A stretch of DNA of 20,000 nt from Chiloscyllium plagiosum (Eukaryota), in assembly GCF_004010195.1 (NCBI RefSeq), contig NC_057750.1, positions 12,652,160 to 12,672,159 on the forward strand, in the 5' to 3' direction. A program made the translations under genes and the position numbers. Below, one piece after another: positions 10,555-20,000 of the stretch. The notes below the pieces were generated by a model that ran no database searches, had not been told where the DNA came from, and worked only from the letters and a program-made list of their open reading frames with translations. Positions within the stretch are counted from its first letter, which is position 1; every line of letters starts with the position of its first letter.

Positions 10555-11639
10555 CTATGACTATGTTTGGTTTGTTGGGACATGATGTGCATAAACCTCT
10601 AAGGAATCTGTGTCTTAACCGACTAACTATCATTACCCACCTCAGCAGGATACAATGTAATTAATCCCATGGCTTTTCAGTCTGAAGTAGTAGGAGTGCT
10701 GTTATATTTAGATCTCTTATGTCATATCTTCAAACAAGGAAACCTATCCTGTGTCTGATTGATACATTTAGATGCATCCAAAGAATATAACATGGTCCAA
10801 ACATAGAAAGAAGAGCTGAACTCCTGAGATGAGGTGAGAGTGACTTCCTTTTACATCAGAGCTGTGTACCAATGCAGATATTCAAGCTTCACTGTTTTAA
10901 GTTGGATTTTCATCTGATGACTTTACACATCACAAGTCAATAAAAACAGTCAGAGAGAAGGACAACAGTGCTGAGATCATGTAGGAAGCTACAAGCCCCA
11001 AGAACAACTCAGATGAATGAATCTCAGAAACATTTGGAAAAATAAGATACTTCTGGAGTAATGGCAAAGAGTGTGGTATGTACTGGTAGGACTTCCAGAC
11101 ACTGTGCACATTTGAAGATGTTTCATGCATATAAGGTATGCTACTGCATACCTTGATTATGTCTTCATGTGTAGAAAGACTTGAAGGAACTTGCAAGGAG
11201 CGTTGAATACAACAGTAAAACCGTGGATGTAGATCCTCAAGAACAGCTTGCTGTACGTGATGAACAGCACCTTATGTATGATGCCCCAGTCATTCATCAT
11301 CAGTACTCTCTATCTCACTTCTAGTACAAAAGTATGAATGAGCCATTAAGAAGGATGAATGTAAGAGGGGCGTGGAAGTGGGAGTTGGATCAAAATGCTT
11401 CCAGGGACTTTGGTGCATTCAGTTTCTGGTGCTTTGGTCATATAGCCATAGGTCTTCATCTTCCTCCTCTTTGGATCACCTGAAGAGGATCTGTGCTCTA
11501 CCTATCGTTGGTCCAAAGATGAATAAAATAATTGAACTCTAGCGATGCGGTGAGAGTGACGTAGAATGACATCACTGACCTATTGCAACATTGAAGTAAA
11601 TAGAAATCAGGATAAAAAGTCATCCCTGAATAAACTCAT

Positions 11640-12480
11640 GCCTAGCACTAATGATGATGGTTGTGGATGTTGGAGGTTAACCATCTCACCTGAGAACAAT
11701 GCTCAATGCATAGTCCCAGGCCAAATAGTCATCAGCTGCTTCACCAATAATATGCCTCCACTTTTTTCCTCCTTCATAGGGTCAAAAATGGAAATGGTCA
11801 CTGATGATTGCACACTGTTCAATACCATTCTAACTCCTTAGATAATAAAGTAATCTTTACCCACATGCAGAAAGACGTGGATAACATTCAGGATTAGGAG
11901 AAAGTGAGGACTGCAGATGCTGGAGATCAAATCTGAAAAATGTGTTGCTGGAAAAGCGCAGCAGGTCAGGCAGCATCAAAGGAGCAGGAGAATCGACGTT
12001 TCGGGCATAAGCCCTTCTTCCTGAAGAAGGGCTTATGCCCAAAACATCGATTCTCCTGCTCCTTTTTTTGCTGCCTGACCTGCTGCGCTTTTCCAGCAAC
12101 ACATTTTTCAGCTAACATTCAAGATTAGGTTAGGAAAGGTCAGTAGTGTTTGAGCCACACAGTCTTGAGTCAAGCAAGACTATCTCCAGAAAGAGAGAAT
12201 ATAACCATTTCTCCCTGTCATTCAACAGCATTACCATTGTTGATTCCACATCCTGGAGATTATCATTAACCAAAAACGTGGCTGGACCAGCCCATCTAAA
12301 TACTGTGGCAACAAGAGCGTCAGAAGGCGAATAACTCATCTCCTGTTTTGTTGAAGTCTGTCTATTGTTTATAATTGACAAATCGAGAGTGTGGTACTTT
12401 CTAATTATCTGAAGGAATGCAGTTCCAGCATTACTCAAAAAGCTCACCGATGTCCAGAATAATAGTCTACTTAATCAACA
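11640..12480 (+). mobile_element. LINE family A RT fragment (copy 2), interrupted by E3
   Basis: VPGQIVISCFTNNMP...MVTDDCTLFNTI...QKDVDNIQD*, resuming with FEPH...FNSITIVDS. Confidence 0.75.
11899..12112 (-). mobile_element. E3: PLE-derived fold-back element
   Basis: ~88-bp arms 11933-12020 / 12023-12111 with a 2-nt loop. Tail on the left. TSD taacattca(g/a)gattagg at 11882-11898 and 12113-12129 (16/17). Confidence 0.9.
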
Positions 12481-12539
12481 CGGCAGCAACTCATCAAATT
12501 ATCTTTAACTGCACTTCCAAACTCATACCCTCTGCCAGT

Positions 12540-13660
12540 TGAGTTTCTCAGAATAGTATCTTTGACCCAACCATCTTCAGCTGCTTCATCAGTGAACTTC
12601 CCTTCATCACAAAGCCAGAATTGGAGATGTTTGCTGATGACTGAACAATATTCAGCAACATTTGTGACCTCTCATTTAGTGAAGTAGTTCATACCCAATG
12701 TATCAAGACTTTAACATTATACCAGTTTGAGAGTGTGGTGCTGGAAAAACACAGCAGGTCAGGCAGTCTCCGAGGAGCAGGAGAATTGACTTTCAGCCAG
12801 AAGCCCTTTAGCCTGATGAAGGGCTTATGCCTGAAATGTGGTTCTCCTGCTCCTCGGAGACTGCCTGACCTGCTGTGCTTTTCCAGCACTACACTCTTGA
12901 CTCTGATCTCCAGCATCCGTAGGCTTCACTTTCTCTATTATACTAGTTTGTGCTGACAAGTGGGAAGTAACATTTGCTCCACATAAGTACCAAGCAATTA
13001 TTATCTTCAATGAGAAGAATTTATCCATTGCCCCTTGACATTCAAAGGTATCACCATCACTGAATCCCCTGCTGTCAGTATCATGGGGTTTATCATTAAC
13101 AAAAAACTCAACTGGACTAGTCATCTGAATACTATGGTTACAACAGCAGCTCAGAGCCTAGCAATCCAGCTGTATGAAACACACCTCCTGACTTCCCACT
13201 TGTTTGAATGAATGCCGCTCCAAGACCTCTCAAGAAACTCAACACCATCTAGGATTGGTACCATGTCCACAAACATTCACTCTGTCCACCATCAACATTT
13301 AATGGCAGCATGTGTACTATCTAAAAGGTGCACTTCAGTAGTTAACCAAGATTCCTTAGATAACATCTTCCAAGTACATGACTATGATAATTAGAAAAAT
13401 AAGGGCAGCAGTTACATGCAAGCACCACCCACCTGCAAGTTCCTCTCTAAGCCATTTACTGTCCTGAACCGGAAATCTATTGCTGTTCGTTAAATGTCGC
13501 TGAGTCAAAATCTTGAAACTCTCTCCCTAATATGGGTCTACTTACAACAAATGAACTGCAGCAATTCAACAAAACAGCTCGCCATCACTTTTTCAAGGGC
13601 AATTAGGAATGGGTAATAAGTGATGGCCAAGCCAGCAATACCTACATCTTGTGAAATAAT
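12540..13660 (+). mobile_element. LINE family A RT to 3' end (copy 3), interrupted by E4
   Basis: TIFSCFISELPFITKPELEMFADD*...YQDFNIIPVCADKWEVTFAPHK, then 3' UTR. Confidence 0.8.
12730..12936 (+). mobile_element. E4: PLE-derived fold-back element
   Basis: Imperfect arms ~12730-12808 / 12819-12897. HHR CUGAUGA at 12813-12819 with GAAA at 12833-12836, cleavage triplet mutated. TSD attatac(c/t)agtttg at 12716-12729 and 12937-12950. Confidence 0.88.
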
Positions 13661-13664
13661 TAAG

Positions 13665-14057
13665 AATAGAGAAGGACCAAGGCAATAGATGTTTGAAGCA
13701 TAAAACCCTGCAAGCTCTCCTCAAAGTTACACACCATCTTAACGTGGAGCTACATCATTCACAGTCACTGGGCCAAAATCTTGAAACCTTCTCTCAAAAA
13801 GCACTAAGGCAGTATCAACACCACAATGGACTGCAGCAATTCAAGAAGGCTGCTTACCAGCATCTCCTCAAGGCGAAAGTCAGGACTGCAGATGCTGGAG
13901 GTTGGAGTCGAGAATGTGATGCTGGAAAAGCACAGCAGGTCAGGCAGCATCCTGCTCCTTGGATGCTGCCTGACCTGTTGTGCTTTTCCAGCACCATAAT
14001 CTCAACTCAGCATCTCAAGCGCAATCAGAGATGAGCAACAAATGCTGACTTGCCTAT
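13665..14057 (+). mobile_element. LINE family A 3' end (copy 4), interrupted by E5; last ~40 nt at 14998-15045
   Basis: Parallels 13400-13660 (ggactgcagcaattcaagaag...). The tail resumes after the LTR as ...cctatcccaggactaattttttgaaaaaaag. Confidence 0.65.
13874..14007 (-). mobile_element. E5: fold-back element lacking the HHR apex
   Basis: Arms 13905-13952 / 13961-14008. Tail on the left. Imperfect TSD cagcatctc(ctc)aag at 13858-13872 and 14008-14019. Confidence 0.8.
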
Positions 14058-14997
14058 TGTTATGGATCAGACCAAACTCTTCAAACCATTCAGAAGATAA
14101 TCTAGATTCTAACTTCTTCTTATTTTAAAGATAAACGTAAGTGGTTGTATTCCAGATGCAATTCAATTGGTCAAACAATTAAAGCAAAACACATTTTATT
14201 CATCCGCTGTAGTTAAAATATAACAAAAGAAAGAAGGAATTGGAATACTCAACTCTGTTGAAAAGTTATTGGAATAATGATACAGAAACTGTTACTAACT
14301 AGTAGGCAGCATGGTGGCTCAGTGGTTAGCACTGCTACTTCACAGCACGAGGGTCCCAGGTTCAATTCCAGCCTCGGGCGACAATCTGTGTGGAGTTTGC
14401 ATATCCTCCCCTTGTCTGCGTGGGTTTCCTCCGGGTGCTCTGGTTTCCTCTCACAGTCCAGAGATGTGCAGGTCAGGTGAATTGGCTTAGGTGAATTGGC
14501 CATGCTAAATTGCCCATAGTGTTAGGTGCATTGTGCATTAGTCAGAGGGGAATTGGACTAGGTGGGTTACTCTTTGGAGGGTTGGTGTGGACTTGTTGGG
14601 CTAAAGAGCCTGTTTCTGCACTGTAGGGAATCTAATCTAAAAAAAACTTTCGATATAGTAACATCCCATAAACACACCCTTGGCAAAAGACAAATTTAGA
14701 ACACAGATTGCAACTCCTGTAGATGGCAGAGAACCAACGGCTTTTGGCGTAACTGAGAGAGGGACAAAAAAATAGCTTCCACTTCTTCAAGGTCCAAACA
14801 GCAACTGCTAAAGGCTAAACCTAATCCCCAGTTCTGTGGATAGTAGCTTGACCACACCCTTTCAGACTCTTGTATTGTTCCAAATTTTTTTTCAAAAACC
14901 CAACGCTTCACAAATTGCTTATCTTCTCATGAACTGCTTGTCACCTGTCCCCCAGAAACCAGGACAAAAGACACCACTTAGCCACAATATCATCACA
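14058..14997 (-). mobile_element. Probable solo LTR containing an HE1 SINE
   Basis: TGTTATG...CATCACA ends. 4-bp flanks ctat/ctac. Minus-strand AATAAA at 14195-14200. Splits the LINE 3' UTR. Confidence 0.55.
14305..14646 (+). mobile_element. Full-length HE1 SINE (tRNA-derived V-SINE)
   Basis: A box TGGCTCAGTGG 14315-14325, B box GGTTCAATTCC 14359-14369, V-domain tgtggagtttgca...gggtttcctccgggtgctc, CR1-like tail ending aatctaatctaa. Confidence 0.92.
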
Positions 14998-15099
14998 CTA
15001 CACTGTCCCTATCCCAGGACTAATTTTTTGAAAAAAAGAAAATAAAGACTTCAGTAGGTACATGTAGAATTTCAGCATGAAAGGAAGATGAAGCCTAAC

Positions 15100-15765
15100 C
15101 TTGGGAAAGAGCAAGCTTTGTATGATGGCCGTTGCCAGTTTTGAGCTAGACTGTCTCATGGTCTTTGGCAGTGACAGGAGACACGCTTTCAGGCTTGTCA
15201 GTAGACCCAGCATCTTGATGCTGTTTCTTTTTCACCACTCTCCTGTAAGCTGCCTCATTGTAGCTCTCATCTCAGTGACCAGTAGGATTACTCATCTGCG
15301 CGCCTAGCACATGAACCATCCAATATAATTGGAATGGCTGCATTGCTTTAGGGCTACATGACTCACCATATGCTGATTCCAACCCTAACCTGCTATTATA
15401 GGAGATGGTGGTGGCCAGTGTAAGATCAATCTTAGGGATCCTTTTTGTTGATATTATGATGTTACCCTCTCTCGCTTCCTCAAACTGCCATGGCCAGCTA
15501 GATAATAATGGTTGGGTGTATGAAATTGAAAGTAAGAAGAAGATTCAAATGAGGGAAGTGAGTTGAGAAGGAAAGCACGGGTCCATGTTACATAGAACGA
15601 TGTGAATTCAGAGTTCAGAAGAGTCACAGGACAGGAAAACTCCATTACTCTGAATGTTCTCAGCGATTCCAGAACCCATAGGCTTTGTCATAGCTGACAC
15701 CATAATATGAGAACCATCTTGACTTAGAGCCTTGACATCTGCCAACTCTCCTCTGCTTCCCTCAT
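15100..15765 (-). pseudogene. Possible third Harbinger-type Myb/SANT gene remnant (C-terminal blocks)
   Basis: KMLGLLTSLKACLLSLPKTMRQSSSKLA (coiled-coil-like) and AMTKPMGSGIAENIQSNG. Resemblance judged from memory of this protein type. Confidence 0.35.
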
Positions 15766-15766
15766 T

Positions 15767-15892
15767 TGTGGAGGTGCTGGTGTTGGAGTGGGGTGGACAA
15801 GGTCAGAAGTCACATGATACCAGATTATAGTCCAACAGGTTTATTTGAAATCACAAGCTTTTGGAGTGCTGCTCCTTCATCAAGTGAAGTGG
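15767..15892 (-). mobile_element. PLE-type terminal repeat (third family) with mutated minimal HHR
   Basis: Minus strand of 15852-15886: CAC-uUGAUGA-a-GGAG-cagca-CUCC-aAAA-GCUU-GUG (stems I and II intact, palindromic AGCU), followed by AATAAA. Confidence 0.75.
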
Positions 15893-16099
15893 ACATCTCT
15901 TACCTACCGCCATCACTTGAAGCCACTATACTACATCCGTGATCCTCTGTTCTCATGACCAATTTTCCTTGTGCAGTATTCCACTAACAGTATTTAGCAG
16001 TAGCCTTCAGTTATTCAATACAGCTTTCTTTTAAGATGGAAGACTGCTTTTAAGCAAGTCACAGGAGGCTGGTTACAGGAGGTCGTGAGCTCCATCACC

Positions 16100-16215
16100 A
16101 ATACACCTACAACACACACATACACAAATAACATATACACATGCATACACATCACGCACACGTCTACACTGCCACATACATATACCATGTACACACACAA
16201 ACTCTCACACACACT
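16100..16215. repeat. Degenerate (CA)n microsatellite
   Basis: Interrupted CA/TA dinucleotide runs. Confidence 0.8.
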
Positions 16216-16302
16216 CTAATAATAATTCAAACTTATCTTTTTCCCAAATCATCTAATTTTTACCACTTTTCTGTTTGTCGGGTATTGATGTGAAGAAAGT
16301 TG

Positions 16303-17001
16303 TGTTATGCAGATGTGGGTGTAGTGTATCTTTAAGAGAGTTAAAAGCTAACAGAACTACCTGACAGCACTAAGTGTTTTGAATAAGATACAATGTAACA
16401 TGTGGTCCAGCAGCTTGTGTAGGTGGTTGCCTGGAGACAAAAACAAATTTGCATTAGGCCAATCAGTTTAAATTATGCCTTGAAAAATACCAAACTCCAA
16501 TCAAGTTTGAATTGAGTATATTGACTCTCTTAAAAGCCAATGACACAATCCGATGCTTTAGCAGGTATAAGACCGGGGAAAATTGAACAGTTGAAGGAGA
16601 ACTGTCAAGCCACCAGCATCTGCAGACTGTCCAGAGAATAGCTCTCTTAAATGTATCTTTATCGATCATTGACCTATGAAATGGAAATTCCTCAGAAGAA
16701 AAAAAGAAGACTGACGAAGAGAAGATTTGACTTTTGGCTGGTTTTAAAAACTTGAATTTTTGGTAAACCTTCATTGGGGGTTTTTTATCGGACTAGTATT
16801 GTAGAAAGGGAAGGTAAAAGATGGGTTAGAGGAAGGAGTTGGTAAATAGTTAATTATTCTCTGTTAAACCTTAAGAAATAAAGTTGTTAATTTTTACTTT
16901 AGTTCTTGGCCTCTTGAATTTTCACAGATTACTGCACGTGATAAATCTTTTCTGTGTTGCTGGTTTAAATTAAGCAGGAGGGTTTAGCCCGTGTCGTAAC
17001 A
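16303..17001 (+). mobile_element. Solo LTR, 699 bp (4-bp TSD, Gypsy- or ERV-type)
   Basis: TGTTATG...CGTAACA ends. Perfect TSD gttg at 16299-16302 and 17002-17005. TATAA 16566-16570. AATAAA 16877-16882. Confidence 0.88.
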
Positions 17002-17041
17002 GTTGCTTCCATATTTTATTACTCTAAAATAAAAACAAACC

Positions 17042-17162
17042 AATAAAAATAAATGTTCTGGAAGTACTTAGGAGGCATGGCAGCATCAGTGGAGAGATAA
17101 ATAGAATTAACATTTGAATCATGCTGCCTGCTGGGGATTTACAACACTTTCTGATTTTATTA
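17042..17162. mobile_element. Ancient decayed fold-back element of PLE-terminal type
   Basis: aataaaa...ctggaagtact...ggcagcat pairs loosely with atgctgcctgctg...ttttatt. Confidence 0.4.
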
Positions 17163-17864
17163 CAGAGACTAAAGGATTTAGGATATTCAGAGATCATGAA
17201 AGGTGCTGTATGAAAAGAAGTCCACACTCTTAGCAACTGTCATCTGTGCATTCTAATTTCATCATGGCACAGCATTTACAGTCTGCTCTCAAATACTTGT
17301 ATCTATTTATTGTGTTAATTTGTTTGGAAAGTATGGAAACAATCAATGCAGCTGCACACTATCTGGCCAATTCTGCTGAGCATTATTATTACATTAATGA
17401 AGCACACCTCCACTGGGGGGAGACCCAGGTGAACCACAAGAATAGTGGAGAGATACTTGCAAGCAGATATAGAGAAATTGAAATATTCATTTCAAAAACA
17501 AGTATGTATAACTTCGTGAAGGAGCTATGGAGCAGATATTTCTTCACATGTCATACCCAATATAACCAACTGGTGGCAGTACCATGACACTTGTGGGTAG
17601 AGTTGTACTGTATACGTTTCAGTTGTGTAATCATTTTTAACCTATGTCTTTCAATAAGTGATGCTTCTTTGGAATGAGATTTTGCTGATGTACTTTAATA
17701 ATTTAGGAGTAGCATATCCTTTACATATAATAAATTGCAACAGCACAAAAACACAGATTTGTTACAGCGAAAAAGGAGGTAATTTCACACATTGTATCTG
17801 TATCAGTCCTCCCAATGAGAGTTATGACTAAATGTCAATCTCCTGCCTCTTACTCATGCCTCTG

Positions 17865-18765
17865 CGATTTTATTCCTGTTCAAATAATCTTGACTGCCGC
17901 AATGAACCAGCCTTCACAACACCTTCACGGTAAGGAGAATAGTCACAACTTCCCCATACTTTATAACCAAAATTTCTCATCCCTGGAACTATTCTGATAA
18001 ACCTTTCCTGCATCTCTCCAATGCATTCACATTCACCCTGAAGTGTGGCACCCAGAACTGTACACAATACACCACCTGAGGTCTAACTACAAAAGTTCAG
18101 CGTAAGTCTGCGTGGAGTTTGCACATTCTCCTCGTGTCTGTGTGGGTTTCCTCCGGGTGCTCCGGTTTCCTCCCACAGACCAAAGATGTGCAGGTCAGGT
18201 GAATTGGCCATGCTAAATTGACCAGAGTGTTAGGTGCATGAGTCAGAGGGGAATGAGCCTGGGTGGGTTACTCTTCAGAGAGTCGGTGTTGACTTGTTGG
18301 GCTGAAGGGCCTGTTTCCACATTGTAGGGAATCTGATCTAAAAAGATCTTCCTTGTTCTTGTACTCTTTGTCAGTAATAATAAAACACAGGATACTGTAT
18401 GATTTATTAACTACTGTCACCACATGTCTGCAACCTTTAATGACTTTCTTACATATACATCCAGATCTTGCACACCATTTAGGATTGCACGCCTTATTTT
18501 ATATTGTCTCTCTATTTTCTTTCTACTGAAATGAATCTCATCACACTCTATCTGCCACCTATCTGCTCACTCGATCAAATTGTCCATGTCCTTTTGAAGT
18601 TCTGCACGGTTCTCCACACAGTTTACAATGCTTCAAATTTTGGTATCATTTGCAAGTTTTAAAATTGTTCCCTGCATGCAAAGATATACATCATTAATAA
18701 ATATCAAAAAAGACAAGAGTCTGATATTGACCTCTGGGGAAATACATTCCAAAAATATCCATTGA
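17865..18765 (-). mobile_element. Old CR1 LINE RT fragment, interrupted by an HE1 SINE
   Basis: FPQRSI..FLIFIND..KLANDTKI and MQERFIRIVPGMRNFGY on the minus strand. Confidence 0.75.
18106..18344 (+). mobile_element. 5'-truncated HE1 SINE
   Basis: Closely similar to 14385-14640 but lacks the tRNA head. Confidence 0.9.
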
Positions 18766-18771
18766 ACACCA

Positions 18772-20000
18772 ATGACGCGATTAGGCAAGATTTAGGATGC
18801 ATAGGATGGGGAAGGAAACTGCAAGGGATGGGCACAATTGAAATGTGGAGTTTATTCAAGGAACAGCTACTGCATGTCATTGATAAGTATGTACTTGTCA
18901 GGCAGGGAGGAAGTTGTCGAGTGCGGGAGCCGTGGTTTACTTAGTAAGTTGAATCTCTTGTCAAGAGCAAGAAGGCGGCTTATGTTAGGATGAGATATGA
19001 TGGCTTGGTTAAGGTGCTTGAGAGTTACAAGTTAGCCAGGAAAGACCTAAAGAGAGAGCTAAGAAGAGCCAGGAGGGGATATGGGAAGTCGTTGGCGGTG
19101 AGGATCAAGGAAAACTCTAAGGCTTTCTATAGGTATATCAGGAATAACACAATGACAAGAGTAAGATTAGGGCCAATCAAGGAAAGAACTGGGAAGTTGT
19201 GTGTGGAGTCAGAGGAGATGGGGAAGTGCTAAATGAATACTTTTTGTCAATATTCATACTAGAAAAAGACTATTTGTCAAGGAGAATACTGAGGTACAGG
19301 CTACTAGACCACATGGCATTGAGGTTCACAAGGAGGAGATGCTAGTAATTCTGGAAAGTGTAAAAATAGATAAGCCCCCTGGGCCGGATGGGATTTATCC
19401 TCGGATTCTCTGGGAAGTCACGGAGGAGATTACCGAGCCTTTGGCTTTGATCTTTATGTCACCATTATCTACAGGAATAGTGCCAGAAGACTGGAGGATA
19501 GCAAATGCTGTCCCCTTGTTCAAAAAGGAGAGTAGAGACCACCCTGGAAATCATAGACCAGTGAGCTTTACTAGGGTTGTGAGTAAAGTGTTGGAAAGGG
19601 TTATAAGAGATAGGATTTATAATCATCTAGAAATGAATAAGTTGAGTATGGATAGTCAACACAGTTTTGTGAAGGGTAGGTCATGCCTCACAAACCTTAT
19701 TGAGTTCTTTGAGAAGGTGACCAAACAGGAGGATGAGGGTAAAGCAGTTGATGTGGTGTATATGGATTTCAGTAAGGCGTTTGATAAGATTCCCCATAGT
19801 AGGCTATTTCACAAAATGTAGAAGCATGGCATTGAGGGTGATTTACCAGTTTGAATCAGAAACTGGCTAGCTGAATGAAAATAGAGGGTGATGGTTGATT
19901 GGGTTAGTAAGGGAGTTCAGTTACTAATGGGGTACAGCAAGGATCTGTTTTGGGGCCACTGTTGTTTGTCATTTTTATAAATGACTTGGATGACAGCATA
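18772..20000 (+). pseudogene. CR1 (HER1-like) LINE ORF2, linker plus RT; several stops/frameshifts; runs off the window
   Basis: KPPGPDGIYPRILWE...VPEDWRIANAVPLFKK...NHRPVS...QHSFVKGRSCLTNLIEFFE...VDVVYMDFSKAFDKIPH...GVQQGSVLGPLLFVIFINDLD. Confidence 0.93.

Noticed and set aside
238..14007. Repeated palindromes as a CRISPR array, terminators or DNA-transposon MITEs
   Set aside because: They are dispersed, have no spacers, are asymmetric with a one-sided tail, carry long TSDs and match a PLE 3' end.
14305..14375. tRNA gene
   Set aside because: The A/B boxes belong to the SINE head, followed by the V-domain and LINE-like tail.
17246..17587. 113-aa ORF
   Set aside because: Non-ATG start, AT-rich, no recognisable motif or splice support.
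17768..17778. 11-nt micro-exon (ttacag|cgaaaaaggag|gtaatt)
   Set aside because: Weak pyrimidine tract, frame-shifting length, and expected by chance.
17865..20000. Opposed CR1 fragments as one twin-primed insertion
   Set aside because: The minus-strand piece is much more decayed and overlaps the same RT region; these are separate insertions.

Overview
Eukaryotic, transposon-saturated DNA, almost certainly from a cartilaginous fish (HE1/V-SINEs, HER1-like CR1 LINEs; the organism is inferred). There is no intact protein-coding gene; nearly all tracked ORFs are decayed TE frames or antisense noise. Contents: CR1 and CR1/L2-group LINE fragments, a Rex1/Babar fragment, two HE1 SINEs, two solo LTRs, a Tigger-like MITE, decayed Harbinger-type Myb/SANT genes and many Penelope-like element (PLE) pieces. 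The most notable system is PLE-related. (i) A 2-kb PLE insertion has a twin-priming-type 5' inversion and a 15-bp TSD. (ii) Four short fold-back elements derive from the 3' end of that PLE family; each has a 14-17 bp TSD, and three have their hairpin apex at a minimal hammerhead ribozyme (HHR). (iii) Two of these inserted independently, in opposite orientation, at the same homologous codons of two copies of one LINE. (iv) One HHR has a 15-bp duplication that could make a normally dimer-dependent ribozyme fold as a monomer. Family names come from motif recognition, not database searches.
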